Position numbers and translations under genes: made by a program
The notes under the pieces: model-generated
Database searches by the model: none
What the model was told of the DNA's origin: nothing
The model's input: the letters and a program-made list of their open reading frames with translations, nothing else
Shown: in pieces, positions 24,850-38,799 of the stretch
Layout: each line of letters begins with the position of its first letter
Numbering within the stretch: position 1 is the stretch's first letter
Assembly (NCBI RefSeq): GCF_009914755.1
Contig: NC_060932.1
Length of the DNA stretch: 64,000 bases
Origin: the human T2T-CHM13v2.0 reference genome, Homo sapiens
Reading direction: 5' to 3' (one strand)

Positions 24850-26210
24850 GCATTTCTCACCACCTTTAAAGGGGTTTCTGTGTATGTTTTTCCATTTTCT
24901 CATCTCCCACTCCATCCTGGCTTCTACTCCCATCACTTCTTGGCAATGACTGTCCAGAAGAATCCAGTGATGTTCAGGCCACCAATTCCATGCAGACTTT
25001 GCACTCATCCTCTTTACTGGACCTATGAGCAATGCTGACCACTATATTTTTGAGATGGAACTCTTTTAAATTGCCTGAGACACTGTTCTCCTGTTTGAAC
25101 CTAAACCTTTGGTCGCTGCTTGTCAGAGCCGTTCCCAGTTGTCGTTTTTCTACTTTATAAACAGACCTCCAGGAACTCTGAGTTCCTCACCACTATTTTG
25201 TCACCTTAGTCTAGAGCTTCTCCCTAGATCATATTTTCTCTGCCTAAGGTTTCATTAATACCTCAAAGGCTATGGCTTTCCAGGCTCTAGATATGTGCCT
25301 GCTTATCCAATCACTGACTTGACATTTTTATCTGGATGTTTCACAGGTAAATGCAACCTAGTACATCCCAAACTGACCTCATAATTTCCCCCCCAAATAT
25401 GCTACATCTCTAGTGCTTATCTTAATAAGTGACATCTCCAACATCCCATTGGTTTATGGCTATTACCTTAGTCATCCTGGACATCTCCTTTGTCCTCAGA
25501 TGCATATCCAATTCATACTTAAATCTTCAGAGTGCTTCTTCTAAATATTTTCTAAAATTCAATCACATATTTACATCTTCATTGCTGTGACCCTAATGCA
25601 GGCTACCACATCTTTTCCATGGAGTCTCCAGAATCTTTTCATCCAGTCTTCACCCATCTTCTTTTGCCCTTCTTCTTCCTATTCTATCAAGAGTGATTTA
25701 TTAAATATTCTTTTGACCCTGTGCCTACCTTGCCCTTAAACAACTTCCTATTATTCTTAGGACATTGACCAGCTTTACTATGGCTTAGGAGTTGTTACAT
25801 GATCTTGTCTTTTTGTATTACCCCAGCCTAACCTCATGCCACCTCTCTCCTTCCTCATGTCCTCTCGGTCACCCGGATCCTCATTCTCATAGTACCCAAA
25901 ACTGATTCTCATTTCGCTATTCCATCTGCCATTCTTCCTTTCCAGCTAACTCTTACTCGTCCCTCATGTCTTGTTCTAATTATTATTTCCTCAGTGAGCC
26001 TTCTCCAAACACTCCGATCAAGTTAGGTCTCTTTCATGCCCTCTCATTTCAGATATATTTATTGCAATTACAATCATATGGTGATTTGTTGCTCTATTTA
26101 TATTCTCTTTCTCTAGTAGACTGTAAAAACCATAAAACAGAGGCCCTACTGCATTACTAAGTTTTCTGTCTTCATCACCAGTGCCATCTAAAGGTATCTG
26201 TTGAATTAAA
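24850..26210 (+). mobile_element. L2 long fragment(s) running to the 3' end
   Basis: 'ttatccaatcactgacttgacattttt atctggatgtttcacagg...catcccaaactgacctcata...ctagtagactgtaa...atctgttgaatt'. Confidence 0.7.
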
Positions 26211-27274
26211 AAACAAGTCAGCCATATAGCTTCTGCTTAAATGCTTTAAGCTTCTACCAGGAAACTTGGCATTTTTCCTCAGTCACTTCACCTCCGTGTA
26301 ACTCTGTAATGTGGGGTAAATAAGGCCCATCAAATGGTTTTGTTGTGAAGAGTAAATATATTTTGCATCTATTAATATGTGAAATTCTTCAGGAACACAT
26401 ACACAAAGTATGTTAGATGAATGAACAGAAGTATTAAAATGGACATGGGGAAAACTTGGATTTGTCATTTTGGAATACTCTACATGTCATTTTCTAAAAG
26501 GAGAACCATGGTAACAAAGTAAGCAACCTCAGCATCCAGCCTGGAAGAAACTGGGAGAGCTTTTATGGATTAACTTTAACATGTTTCTACTTGGAGAGCA
26601 GTACCACTTACTAGTGATGTGCCCTAGGGAAGAGCACGGCTGGTTTCCAAACCTTCTTCCCAGGATGAATGCGTCAGGTTCACAAAAGAGTTCCGCGGTC
26701 CAGAAATAGAATGGAATATTGAGCCTATGAGGTAACGTCCCCAGGGTCTTAGCACTTTTGTTCACTGTCACAGCATTAACCTAGAAAGGTGAAATATGTC
26801 TTCAATTTCACCTTTATTTAATTAATTGATCTAAAATAATTTTTCTTCTCAGGGGCCGTGACGAGGACCCAAAGAAGACCGCTAGATTAGGCAAAAGTCA
26901 GCACATGTGGCTTCTTCCTCGCACCCCCACAGAAAAGAGGGCCAGGTGCCTTTCTAGGAAATACAATTTTCTGAATTGTTCTTTTGTCATGTATTACTAA
27001 ATGGTGCCAATAGCCACACATAATTTGAAGAAGGAAGGTTATAAATAACCACTCATTTACCTACTACCTACCTAAAAATAAATTGATAAGAATTATCCCT
27101 TCCTCCTACCAATTCTGTGTCTCCTTCCCTCCCTTCCTTCCTCTTTACAATGTATTGACTTTATACATGAATGCATAAACACACATCCTACTCACCACTC
27201 TCCAGTTTCACCCTGATCCACTAAGCGGATCATTCTATTTGAGTTTTATGGTAAAGAAAAGTAATAGTCAGTAT

Positions 27275-27510
27275 AGCACAGGACTTGTGAGGTGAGGCCT
27301 TTGACTCAGAGAGACCTCTTTTGAACCTCAAGACATTTTAAAATAATGTGATCTTGGACAAATTGCTTGAACAATTCAGGACCCAGTTCTTCCTCAATAC
27401 AATGAATATAAATAACAACATCTCTGTTGTAAGATATGTTCCATTTCATCACATAAAGCACTTAGTATAATATTTGACACACAATAAGTGCTGAGTAAAT
27501 ATTAACTATT
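27275..27510 (+). mobile_element. MIR
   Basis: 'ggcctttgactcagagagacct...tgtgatcttggacaaattgcttgaac...caataagtgctgagtaaatattaactatt'. Confidence 0.75.
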
Positions 27511-27869
27511 TATTTTCTGTGTATTCTGCTTTTAATAGTGCAACAGCAGTAATTGATAATTTCCTAGCAGGCAAAGAAATTTAAATTCTTTAAGCAGTCA
27601 TTTATTCTAGAATTCTGTCTCCTCAGTATTTTCCCTCTCTGTCCAAAAAGTCACAGAGCCTCAGAAATGGAAACAGACAAAACAAACTCTACGTCTAACA
27701 GGTGTCCATAGAAGCATCCAGGAAAAGCCCGAATTACAAAGGGGAGCCAGGCCTAGCAGAGATGGGGCTTGTTTCATCAACATTTTTCTAACTCTGAGGT
27801 TTGAGCACTCTGCTTTTAGCTGTATTCTGGCAGAAAAGCATTATTGAACACCTACCATATATAAGGTCT

Positions 27870-28408
27870 TATCATGGGTTTAATGTATCCTCCCAAAATT
27901 CATATGTTAAAGACCTAGCTCCTAGTGTGTCAGCATGTGACCTTATTTGGAAACAGGGCCATTGCACACATAATTAGTTAAGATGAGGTCATTACTGTAT
28001 GGGGTCAATTGATATCAAGCTACAGTTATCTGAAGGACTGGGAGGTGTTATTCTGTATTACTCTAGACAGAAGAACTAAGACCAGAGGTAACCCAGTATG
28101 ACTAGTGTTCTTATGAAGAGGGGAAATTTAGACACAGACATGCACACCAGGGGAACACCATGTAAAGATGAAGGCAGAGATCAGAAGGATGTTTCCACAG
28201 GCCAAGAAAAGACAAATTTCCAGTAAACTACAAGAAGCTGAGAGAGAAGCATGGAACAGATTTTCCCTCACAATTTTGGGAGAAGCTAACCCCGCGAACA
28301 CCTTGAGCTTGGACTTCCAGCCTGTAGAACTGTGCAATAATACTTTTCTGTTGCTTAAGCTATTTTAGGTTATGGTACTTTGTTACGGCAGTCCTAGCAA
28401 ATAATACA
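27870..28408 (+). mobile_element. MLT1 (MLT1C-like) MaLR solo LTR carrying a non-LTR insert
   Basis: 'cccaaaattcatatgtt...gtgaccttatttggaaacagggcc...ttggacttccagcctgtagaactgtg...ggtactttgttacggcagtcctagcaaataataca'. Confidence 0.9.
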
Positions 28409-29993
28409 GGCCAAATGTATTCCATGTCAAAATTACTGCATGTAAAATAAATGTGCTGAAGTTACTTTTTCTACTTCAAAGGAGTTAAGCCTAGTGAGAG
28501 ATATACACATTACACTTCCCCAGTGCTTAACACTTCTTTATTTCTGGATGGCTAGTTGTGGATTTCATTTCTGTTCATGCTTTCTAACTTCCACAACACA
28601 TTTTCTGAATCTTTTTTTAATGTGGAGGAAAAAGGGGCTTCTTTTTATAATTTTATAAGAATGGTGATTCAGCCTATTCCCTTCCAGGAGTCTCTGGTAT
28701 GGCACATCACTCTCAATATTCCCACCTCTTAAATGCTATGGTTGTTGAAAAGTTGCTTCTGATTTCGAATAAATTTATTTTTTCACAACTTTGGAAATTT
28801 TGGCCTTAGTTCTTGTCTCTAGAATAATACAGAATAACACCTCCCAGTCCTTCAGATAATGGAAGATTGATATCATTTGACCCCAGACACTTCTTTTCTC
28901 AGGATTGCACCAAGCTCTGGACTGAGGTGGCTTCAGGATCAGTTCATAATGAAATTCGAAAACATGCAGGGCCCTTTCCTAAACACAAATGCATTTTCAG
29001 GGTACATCTGTAAGATAGGCACTCTCGCCATGTAAGGAAAGGAACCGGAAGTTGGAGCAGGCAAAGTCATTTTTCTGAGGTGACACAATTGAGAGGGGCC
29101 AAAGGTGGGATTTACACATCGACCTGTCTGACAATAACCCAGCAGCTTCTGGCTCCACAAATCAAAATTAAACTTTTTTCAAGAGTGAGTCTGATTTACC
29201 CTCTAGCTCTGATGTTAACTTTTGCATTATGAAAAGGTTTATGACAGTGTTACATAAAAACTGGTGCCATACTCTACTCAAACGATGTCTATTCAACAAG
29301 AGCAAGCACTAGCTGGCATACACCTTTGGGTGCCAGTAGATCTGAAAGTGTAGGTAAAACAGTCTTGATTGGCAGCTGTTGCCTTGTCCAGCTGTCCGAA
29401 AGATAGGGGGATGAAGAGCAAAGTGGCCAAGCTGGCACCAAATATTTCTGCTGCTTTTTTATGCTGCCTGAATATCAGATCAATAAAACTGTTAAGTAAC
29501 ATTGTCTTTAAAATAGGGGCACTCCTACGCAACTATCAAAAACTCCCCCTTTATTATGTAGTAGGAAAAAACTGGTTTCTAGGTGAGGTGTCTGGTTTTA
29601 CCCTCAATCTGTTGTTAACCTGCTATGCAAACTGAGACTAGTCACTTGGATTTTAAGGGTTCAATTTCGTTATTCATAAAAACCCTTCACAGTTTTGTTT
29701 GATGACCAAATGTGAGGGTGTATTTGAAAGTTATTTGAAATGTATAAAGTACAATAGAATATAAACATACTGGGATTTTAGGTACTTGACATGCAAAAAC
29801 AATTATCTGAGTGCTGTAAGTAAATGTGGAGGATTTGGGTAAAATTGCAGGAAGAGAACAAAACTCAGCAGATTAGAGGATACGTTTTCTTATACAAACA
29901 TTTGCAAATCATACTATTACATTAAATAGCAAAGTGTTGCACTTCTGTGAAATCAACTTGTTTGTTCTGCTAGTATTTTCAAATTGGCACAGA

Positions 29994-32325
29994 TTTTTTT
30001 TTAATTCCAACTTTTATTTTAGATATAGGAAGTACATGTGCAGGCTTGTTACATGAGTATATTGCACACAGGTAGCGAGCATAGTACCCAGTAGGTAGTT
30101 TTTCAACCCACAGCCTCCTCCCTTCCTCCCTGCCCCCAACACCCCCCCCTCGCTAATAGTCTGCAGTGTCTATTGACCTCATATTTATGTCCATGTGTGC
30201 TCAATGTTTAGCTCCCACTTATACTTGATAATAAGCAGTATTTGGTTTTCTGTTCCTGCATTAGTTCACTTATGATTATGGGCTCCAGCTTCATTCATCT
30301 TGCTGCAAAAGATATAATTCCATTCTTTTTTATGGCTGTGTGGTATTACATGGTATATATAAGTACCACAGTTTTTTTGTCCAATCAATCTACCATTGAT
30401 GGGCACCTAGATTGATGCCATGTCTTTTCTATTAGAAATAGCATGGCAATGAACATATGACTGCACATGTCCTTTCAGTATAATGATCTATTTTCCTTTG
30501 GGTATATACCCAGTAATGGGATTGCCGGATTGAATAGTAGCTCTGGGCTGGGCACAGTGGCTCACACCTGTAATCCCAGCACTTTGGGTGGCTGAGGCAG
30601 GCAGATCACCTGAAGTCAGGAGTTCAAGACCAGCCTGGCCAACTTGGTGAAACCCTGTCTCTACTAAAAATACCAAAATTAGCTTGGCATGGTGGCACAT
30701 GCCTGTAATCCAGCTACTTGGGAGGTTGAAGTAGGAGAATTGCTTGGACCCAGGAGGCGGAATAGCAGAGCCAAGATTGCAGCCCCTGCATTCCAGCCTG
30801 GGTGACAAGAGCGAGACTCCATCTGAAAAAAAAAAGAGTAGCTCTGGTTTAAGTTATTTGAGACATCACCAAATTGCTTTCCACAGTGGCTGAACTAATT
30901 TACATTCCCACTGATAATATATGAGCGTTCCCTTTTCTCTGCAGCCTCTCCAGCATTTGTTGTTTTTTGACTTTTTAATAACTGCCATTTTGACTGGCGC
31001 GAGATGATGTCTCATTGTGGTTTTGCATTTCTCTGATGACTAATGAATATGGGCATTTTTCATATGTTTTTTGACTACTTGTATGTCTTCTTCTGCTTAT
31101 GTCCTTTGCCTATTTTTTAATAATGTTATTTGTTTTTTGCTTGTTGATTTATGTACACATAGGTGCTGAATATTAGACCCTTGTTGGATACACAGTTTGT
31201 AAATATTTTCTCCCATTCTGTAGGTTGTTGGTTTACTCTGTTGGTGGTTTCTTTTGTTGTGTAGAAAGTTTTCAGTTTAATTAGGCCCAATTTGTCAATT
31301 TTTGCTTTTGTTGCAATTGCTTTTGGGGACTTAGTCAAAAATTATTTGCCAAGATTGATGTCAAGGACGGTATTTCATACATTTTATTCTAGAATTTTTA
31401 GAGTTTGAGGTCTTACATTTAAATCTTTAATCTGTCTGGGGTTAATTTTTGTATATGGTGAAAGGTAAAGGTCCAATTTCATTCTTCTGCATATGCTAGT
31501 CAGTTACTTCAGCATCCTTTATTGAACACGAAGTCCTTACCCCATTGCTTGCTTTTGTTGGTCTTCTTTAGGATGAGGTGGCTGTAGGTGTGCAGCATTA
31601 TTTCTGAGTTGTCTATTCTGTTCTGTTGGTCTATGTGTCTGTTTTTGTGCCAGTACCATACTGTTTTGGTTAATGTACTCTTATATTCTAGTTTGAATTC
31701 AGGTAGTGTGATGCTTCCAGCTTCATTCTTTTTGCTTAGGATTGCCTTGGCTATTCAGGCTCTTTTTTGCTTGCATGTGAATTTTAGAATAATTTTCTGT
31801 AATTCTGTGAAGAATGACGTTGGTCCCCCTTGAGAACTGGAAGAGGACAAGGACGCCCACTCTCACCACTCCTATTCAATGTAGTACTGGAGGTCCTAGC
31901 CAGAGCAATCAGGCAAGTGAATGAAATAAAAGGCATCCAAATAGAAAAAAAAAAGGAATCAAACTATCTTACTTCACTGATGATATGATTCTATATCTAG
32001 AAAATCCTGAAGACTCTTCCAAAGACTACTAGAACTGATAAACAATTTTAAGATGGTTTCGGGCTACAAAATCAATGTGCAAAAATTAGTAGCATTTCTA
32101 TATACCAATAATGTCCAGGCTGAAAGTCAAATCAAGAAGACAGCCCCATTTACAATAGCCACAAGGAGAATAAAATACCTAAGAATTCATCTAACTGAGG
32201 AGGTGAAAGATCTCTGCAATGACAACTACAAAACACTGTTAAAAGAAATCAGAGATGACACAAATAATCATGAATTGGAAAAATCAATACCATTAAAATG
32301 ACCATCCTACCCAATAATTTACATA
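29994..32325 (-). mobile_element. L1PA13-16-type element, 5'-truncated with a 5' inversion (31824-32325 on +)
   Basis: 3'UTR and ORF2 remnants on minus ([15 protein letters not shown]...), switching at about 31823 to ORF2 on plus ([18 protein letters not shown]...). Confidence 0.95.
30546..30836 (+). mobile_element. AluS (Sq-like) inserted in the L1
   Basis: Full dimer; TSD agtagctctg at 30536-30545 / 30837-30846. Confidence 0.96.
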
Positions 32326-33477
32326 TATTTTTTCATTTTGACTGGTTGGTTTTTTTTCTATTCTACACGCAGATATCAACTGAAAGGTTAAGCCCTTCTT
32401 ATCAACTTTTCTTGGATGAGGGTGGTGTCATTTCTAAGGAATACAAATGATGCAAATATATTGTTATTTAAAAATTATTTTTCATGGAACAGTAGATTAT
32501 TTATGAGAGATTGTGGGGAACAGTTTTGACTCACTAGCATTGGAAATTATGATGCCAATTGAGTGCCTATGCAGTGAGCATAAAATGTTAGAGTTCAATG
32601 GAACTGCCAAAATTATATAATCTAAAACTCTCATTACAGGGAGGAAAAAAACTCATATTCAGAGAGGCAAAATGGAAAAAGAGAACAAACATTTATGAAG
32701 CATCTTGGCCCTTTCTTGCTCTCTACAACTAGCTGTGGTTTCTTCATCTTTTAATTTCTTAATGGAACTTGTTCATTTCTCTTTTTTAGTGCTCATCTCT
32801 CTATGTATAGATGGATGATCCTCTACACAGACGCAATAGAAAATCTTCATGTTTAAAGATTTTCCCATTAAAACCCTAGAGTCAGCATTGACTAGCATTG
32901 CTTATGGGGAGTCATACAGCAGCTGGATATTTCAAAGGATAAGATTCATTCTTGTGATACCATGTTTGTATCAATCTTTCCTTTTAGGTTGAAAGCTTCC
33001 TAGAGTTAGCCACAGTTCTTGCTGCTCTACATTGCCAGATTTAATCCTCACCTCAATTCTATAAATTTGATAACACTGATAAATGTCATAATGCAACATT
33101 TGACTAGAAATTTCAATTTTCTTATAAAAATCAGGAACATAGAAACAGACCCTCCCACTTTGGTGACATAGGCTTTTGGGAGGACAATTTAGAATGCATC
33201 CATTTCATTTAAAGAGGTCATTGCCATCTGAAGTTTATGCATTGCACAAATTTGGGGGAAAAAATCAGACAAAGAAATATTCAAAATAAGAAACAATTAT
33301 TGGACATACCTTTATATAGTCACAGTGGAAAATCTCTTATACTTTAATGACTGAATTTTGCACAATGTGAACAAAACTAAGAATCTTTTATATTTGTTCA
33401 GCATTGATTAGTCTAATATAAACATGCATAAAGCATATAGTGTTGAGTTGTCAAAGGGCAATGAATAAAGTTTGGTA

Positions 33478-34030
33478 CATAGTTTGCAAAGATGACCTCA
33501 ACAGTTTTTCACATCCCAGAACACATGTTCCTTTGCAGTGTGACCATTCCTTCCATCAAGTTGTGGCACATATTTCTCGTTCCCTGGAATCTGGGCTGGC
33601 CTTACACTTCGCTTTGACTAAGTGAATGTTTCAGATGAGACACTGTATAACTTGCAAACCTAAATTCCAAGAGGTTTGTAGCTTTTGCTCTTGTCCATTG
33701 GGAATGCTTCCATCATCCTGCAAAGAAACCTGATCTAGCTGCCCTGAGGAGAGGCTATGAGGAGCAGTGATAAATCATCCCAGCTGAGGGCCCCTGGACC
33801 AATTAATCCATAGCCAGCCTCATTCACCAAAAACGTGAGTGAGGCAATCTTGGATTATCTAGTCTTTGATGAGCTACCAGGTACCTAAGTGATTTCAACC
33901 AAGACCAACAAATGAACTACCCAACTAAGACCAACTCAATTTGTTGGGCCACAGGATCATAAGCAATTGATTGTTATATTAAAAGTGACAGTTTTAAAGT
34001 TTTTTAATACAGTAATAAAGAACTGATATA
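33478..34030 (+). mobile_element. Old MLT1 (G/H-like) LTR
   Basis: 'cctttgcagtgtgac...ccctggaatctgggctggcctt...gctttgact...gtgagtgaggcaatcttgga...aaagaactgatata'. Confidence 0.7.
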
Positions 34031-34606
34031 CCTAGCTCCTTCCAAGTAAGGTCTTTGGCTTAATTCAACAAACATTTATTAGTTCTTATGGCCACAACTA
34101 TACCCTAGTCAGGTGGATATTGGTCATTAACACTAGAAATAAGCTTTAGTTGTGCCTGAATATTATGTATCTGTTACATATTTAAATTAATTATTAGTCC
34201 AGGATTACAAAAATGGATACACTGGGATGATTTGGAACAATGGATAATTTTCTCCTTTCATTGAATTTCTGCTTATTTTGTCATCCATAATTATCTTTAA
34301 TAACCAGGTTATACTTCTTCTATGAAAGAAAGATCTTTTTTTGTTTTAAAGTTAATATTGTAACTATATAAAAAGTTGATATTAGAAACTACTCTAAAAT
34401 AGAATTTAGAATTAAGTTTTTGCCTTTTTTCCTTTGCTTTTCTGACCAATATTAATCAGCCCCTTATATAATTATGTTTCAATATGTCACATTCTCTTCA
34501 AATGTGCCAGCTTTTCCTGTTCGTGTCCTAGTCTATAACTGATGCAATTTGAGGGCAGTTGAAAAGCTATCCTTTCTTATAAAATTTCCAACATTGGTAT
34601 CTACAT

Positions 34607-34847
34607 GTGGGAAATGTTAGGAAACTTACAATCATGGGGTAAGGAAAAGGGGAAGTAAGAAGCTTCTTCACATGGCAGCAGGAGAGAGAGAGAGAATGAG
34701 TGGGGAAGTGCCACTTTCAAACCATCAGATCTTGTGAGAACTCACTCACTATCATAAGAACTGCATATCATAAGAACTCTCCCCTGACACATGGAGATTA
34801 CAACTTGACATGAGATTTGCGTGAGGACGCAGAGCCAAACAATATTA
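34607..34847 (-). mobile_element. MST/THE1-type LTR fragment
   Basis: 'aggaaacttacaatcatgg...cttcacatggcagcaggagag...aaaccatcagatcttgtgagaactcactcactatc...cagagccaaacaatatta'. Confidence 0.9.
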
Positions 34848-35558
34848 TAGCTCTTTCTATTTACTTCCTGTATAAAACAGACTATAAACTGTCTTGAATG
34901 CAAAGTATCTAGAATAATTTTCAAAACATACTCAGCAAAAGGAAATGTAAAAATATTTGCTGACTTAAATTGAATTGAAAACTCAAATTACCCAAGAGAG
35001 TATTTTCTTCATGTTTTTTAAACTGAGCTTGTTTCCTATGTGTCTCTCTGTAAGGGCCTCTGACTGTATTTTCAATAACAACAATAAGAGAGTATGGCTG
35101 TGAAGATAGCATTTTCCATCTCTCCCTCAAAATCAGAATTTGAAGGCCATTTGCAAAAGAGGCCATTGTTTGCTGACAGTGGCAAAAGGTGCTGTCTCTG
35201 AACCTATGGGACTGACTCATTCCTGCTACAGATCTTTGGACCATCATACCCACTCGATGTCCACCTCCCAATCATTAAGCCCCCTTGAAAAGTCAACTCC
35301 TCCTCATGAACTAAGAACTTGGTCTTCATTGACTCTCTTATTTGAAAACTATGAAGAGCCTCATGTTATTTGAAAGATTTGACAACTGGCAGTATGCAAC
35401 CCTCCCTCTCCCTGGACACCCTTCTTGGGTTCAAGATGAAGTTACTACTCTCCCTCTCAGCCATTTCCTAACTTTGGGGGTTGATAGAGGATGAGTCTTA
35501 GCATACTCAGACACTATCTTTAACAGTTGGAGAGAGAAGTTAGAGCCCTTGAATCTTA

Positions 35559-35559
<1 letters not shown>

Positions 35560-35597
<38 letters not shown>
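35560..35597. repeat. (AC)n microsatellite, about 19 units
   Basis: Visible dinucleotide run. Confidence 0.97.
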
Positions 35598-35637
35598 CAC
35601 ATACAGTAAACAAAATCAGACACATATTTCATTTTTA

Positions 35638-35974
<337 letters not shown>

Positions 35975-36498
35975 AAATAAAACCCATGCCCCTAACTAAT
36001 GTAAATCACAATTAATATGTTGTCAAATTTGCTGTAAAATTTGACTTATTAAGGAACAGAACTTGCAAGATAAACTCGAAGCCTCCTTTGTTGTTCCCTC
36101 CAATCTCATGGCTCCTCCTCCCTCCAATAATATAACAACTATAATAAATTTGGTAACTTTTCTTCCAGGCCTGGCTTTATACATGTTTCATGTATATGTG
36201 TCCATAAATAGTATTATTTATTAAATGTTTATAAATAGCATAGGATTATATTTAACATTATTCAATTTGTTTTTTTTCTTTTTACTCACGCATATTAAAG
36301 AACAACTCATGCTAATGCACTTACACTTAACTGATTCATTTTAGTTCATCATAATCTATTACTTACTTTCTTAGATTGTACTATTCATATCATTGTTCCC
36401 CTGCCACTAGACATTTAGATTGTGCCCAACATTTTTTGCTATTATCAATAACACTACAACAAAGGAACAAATGCTGTATTGGGTATGGATTTCTCTAG

Positions 36499-36862
<364 letters not shown>

Positions 36863-36919
36863 GGTTCTTTGTTATTTTAACTTTTCCCAGATACTCCTGC
36901 ACTTTCCCTGCCTCTTACC

Positions 36920-37620
36920 ATTCACCAGCGCTTCTCTACTGCCACCCAAGTAACAATTCTAAAATGCAAATTGGTCCTATCCTGAAATATTAAAATCTAT
37001 TAGTGACTTCCTATAATCAGTAAGATTTGGTATAAGCTTTTAAGCCTGACATTCATGACCCTTCATGACACAGCCTGCCTGCTCCTCCAAGTGTGTCTCA
37101 TTCATGCTGTATCCCCCAGCAATATTGATTCAGTGCCATTTTAGGATGTCACAATGGAGTGTGGTGCCCCTGTCCCTTGCACAAACTCCTCCGCCTGGCT
37201 GGAATTTTCTGTCTTTTCCTTGCTAGTATCATTATACCATTCAAAACTTACCATAGGTCCACCTCCTTCAATAATAATAATAGGCAACATTTACTGAGTA
37301 TTTGTCATGTGCTTGAAATCACTCTGCCAATTTTTCTTCCTGACAAATACTTTTGCCTCCTCTTATTTGAAGATATTTACAAATCTTCCCAAGTAGAGTT
37401 AAATACTTCCCACGATCTCCATTATTTTGTCTCTCTATATATTTATTATTGAATCTATACAAGGAACAATGATAGTATCATGATGTTTTTCTTTTATTAA
37501 TTGCCTGCTTTTAATTGTGCTACTCACTTTACTCATATTTTCAGGGACTCGCTGCAATATTCATATTTGTAACCCTAGTACTCAGTGTAGGGTGAGGATG
37601 TTAAATAAATGTTAAGTGTA
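36920..37620 (+). mobile_element. L2 3' fragments
   Basis: 'ttctaaaatgcaaattggtc...ttttaagcctgacattcatgacccttcatga...tttgtaaccctagtactcagtgtag...ttaaataaatgtt'. Confidence 0.55.
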
Positions 37621-38799
37621 CTGTAATAAAGTGTCTTTTCCTTTCCTGGAAGATCTCACATAGGGAAGAATTTGTAATAAGTTCTAACCACTGAGCACTT
37701 CTATTACCACTAACATTGGTGGCATAGGCACTTTGCCAAATGTGAGTTAAAAGTAACCTTTTGATGTTGAAACTACCCCTTAATAACCAAATAATGAAGC
37801 CACAAAAGGTTCACACGTTTCATGCTTCTAGTTTCACTTACAGATCACATCCTTCCTTTCCCAGAGTTGAATACTTCCTCAAACTCATATTGGCTTGGAT
37901 AGGTTCCAGTTTCCAAAATTCATTGGTAACAAAAAGAGGAGATTAAAAAAGTTCTGCTAGTTTCCTTTAACTAAAATATTAAGCGAAGTTAAAAGAAAAT
38001 AAATTACTATCTCTGGAGTCTAGCCTGATGCCTCACACAAAGAAATACCGACAAGCTTGTTTAGGAGAGACTCATTTCGTCTTGGTAAAACAGAACTGTA
38101 TACTCAACTGTGGGCAAGAGAAGGAAAGAAGAGAGTCAGAAATAAGCAGAACATTTAGAGCAGGCGCACTTGGAAAGGTCTAGTGGGTCACAATATGCCT
38201 GATGAAATATCAGGACTCTAAATACTCTGAACATTCCCTAGCATCACACTCAGAATCCCTGGCAGGAAGCTAACAATTCAGGAATAGGCAAAAGAGACCT
38301 AGCAACAAACAGTAGGAACAATCCCTAGAGAAAATTATATAATCTTTGACCTTTTGGTTTCTTCCTATGTATGACTTCCTTTTAGGGAAGCTATCATAAT
38401 TTGTGATCTACAGCCAATTGGAATCCATAAGTAGATACATCTGTTTTGTGTACATTGTGGAAATGCCTTGTGAATTAATTGATTATTATTGTTTTATGAA
38501 TAAAGGTCCCTAATGGTATCTTTCCAAAAGCTCACCTCAAAGAGCACTTGTCAAACAGAAATATTTCATTATTAAATATTTTTTCTAAAACATCACATTA
38601 TACTCCGTAAATATGTACAAGTATTATTTGTCAACTAAAAATTTAAAAAAGAAAAATAAATTTTCTCAAGTTGGTAAAGAATTAATGCCCAGCATGTCAA
38701 TGACTCAAGCACATTGACAGTGGACTAAATGTCACATTAAAAATCTACTGAGCTCTTGCCCTATAGGTTAGCAATTTTGGTTCTGCTGCACACAAAAAC

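Noticed and set aside
31126-32301. ORF2-like peptides
   Set aside because: Fragments of a dead, truncated and inverted L1, not a host CDS
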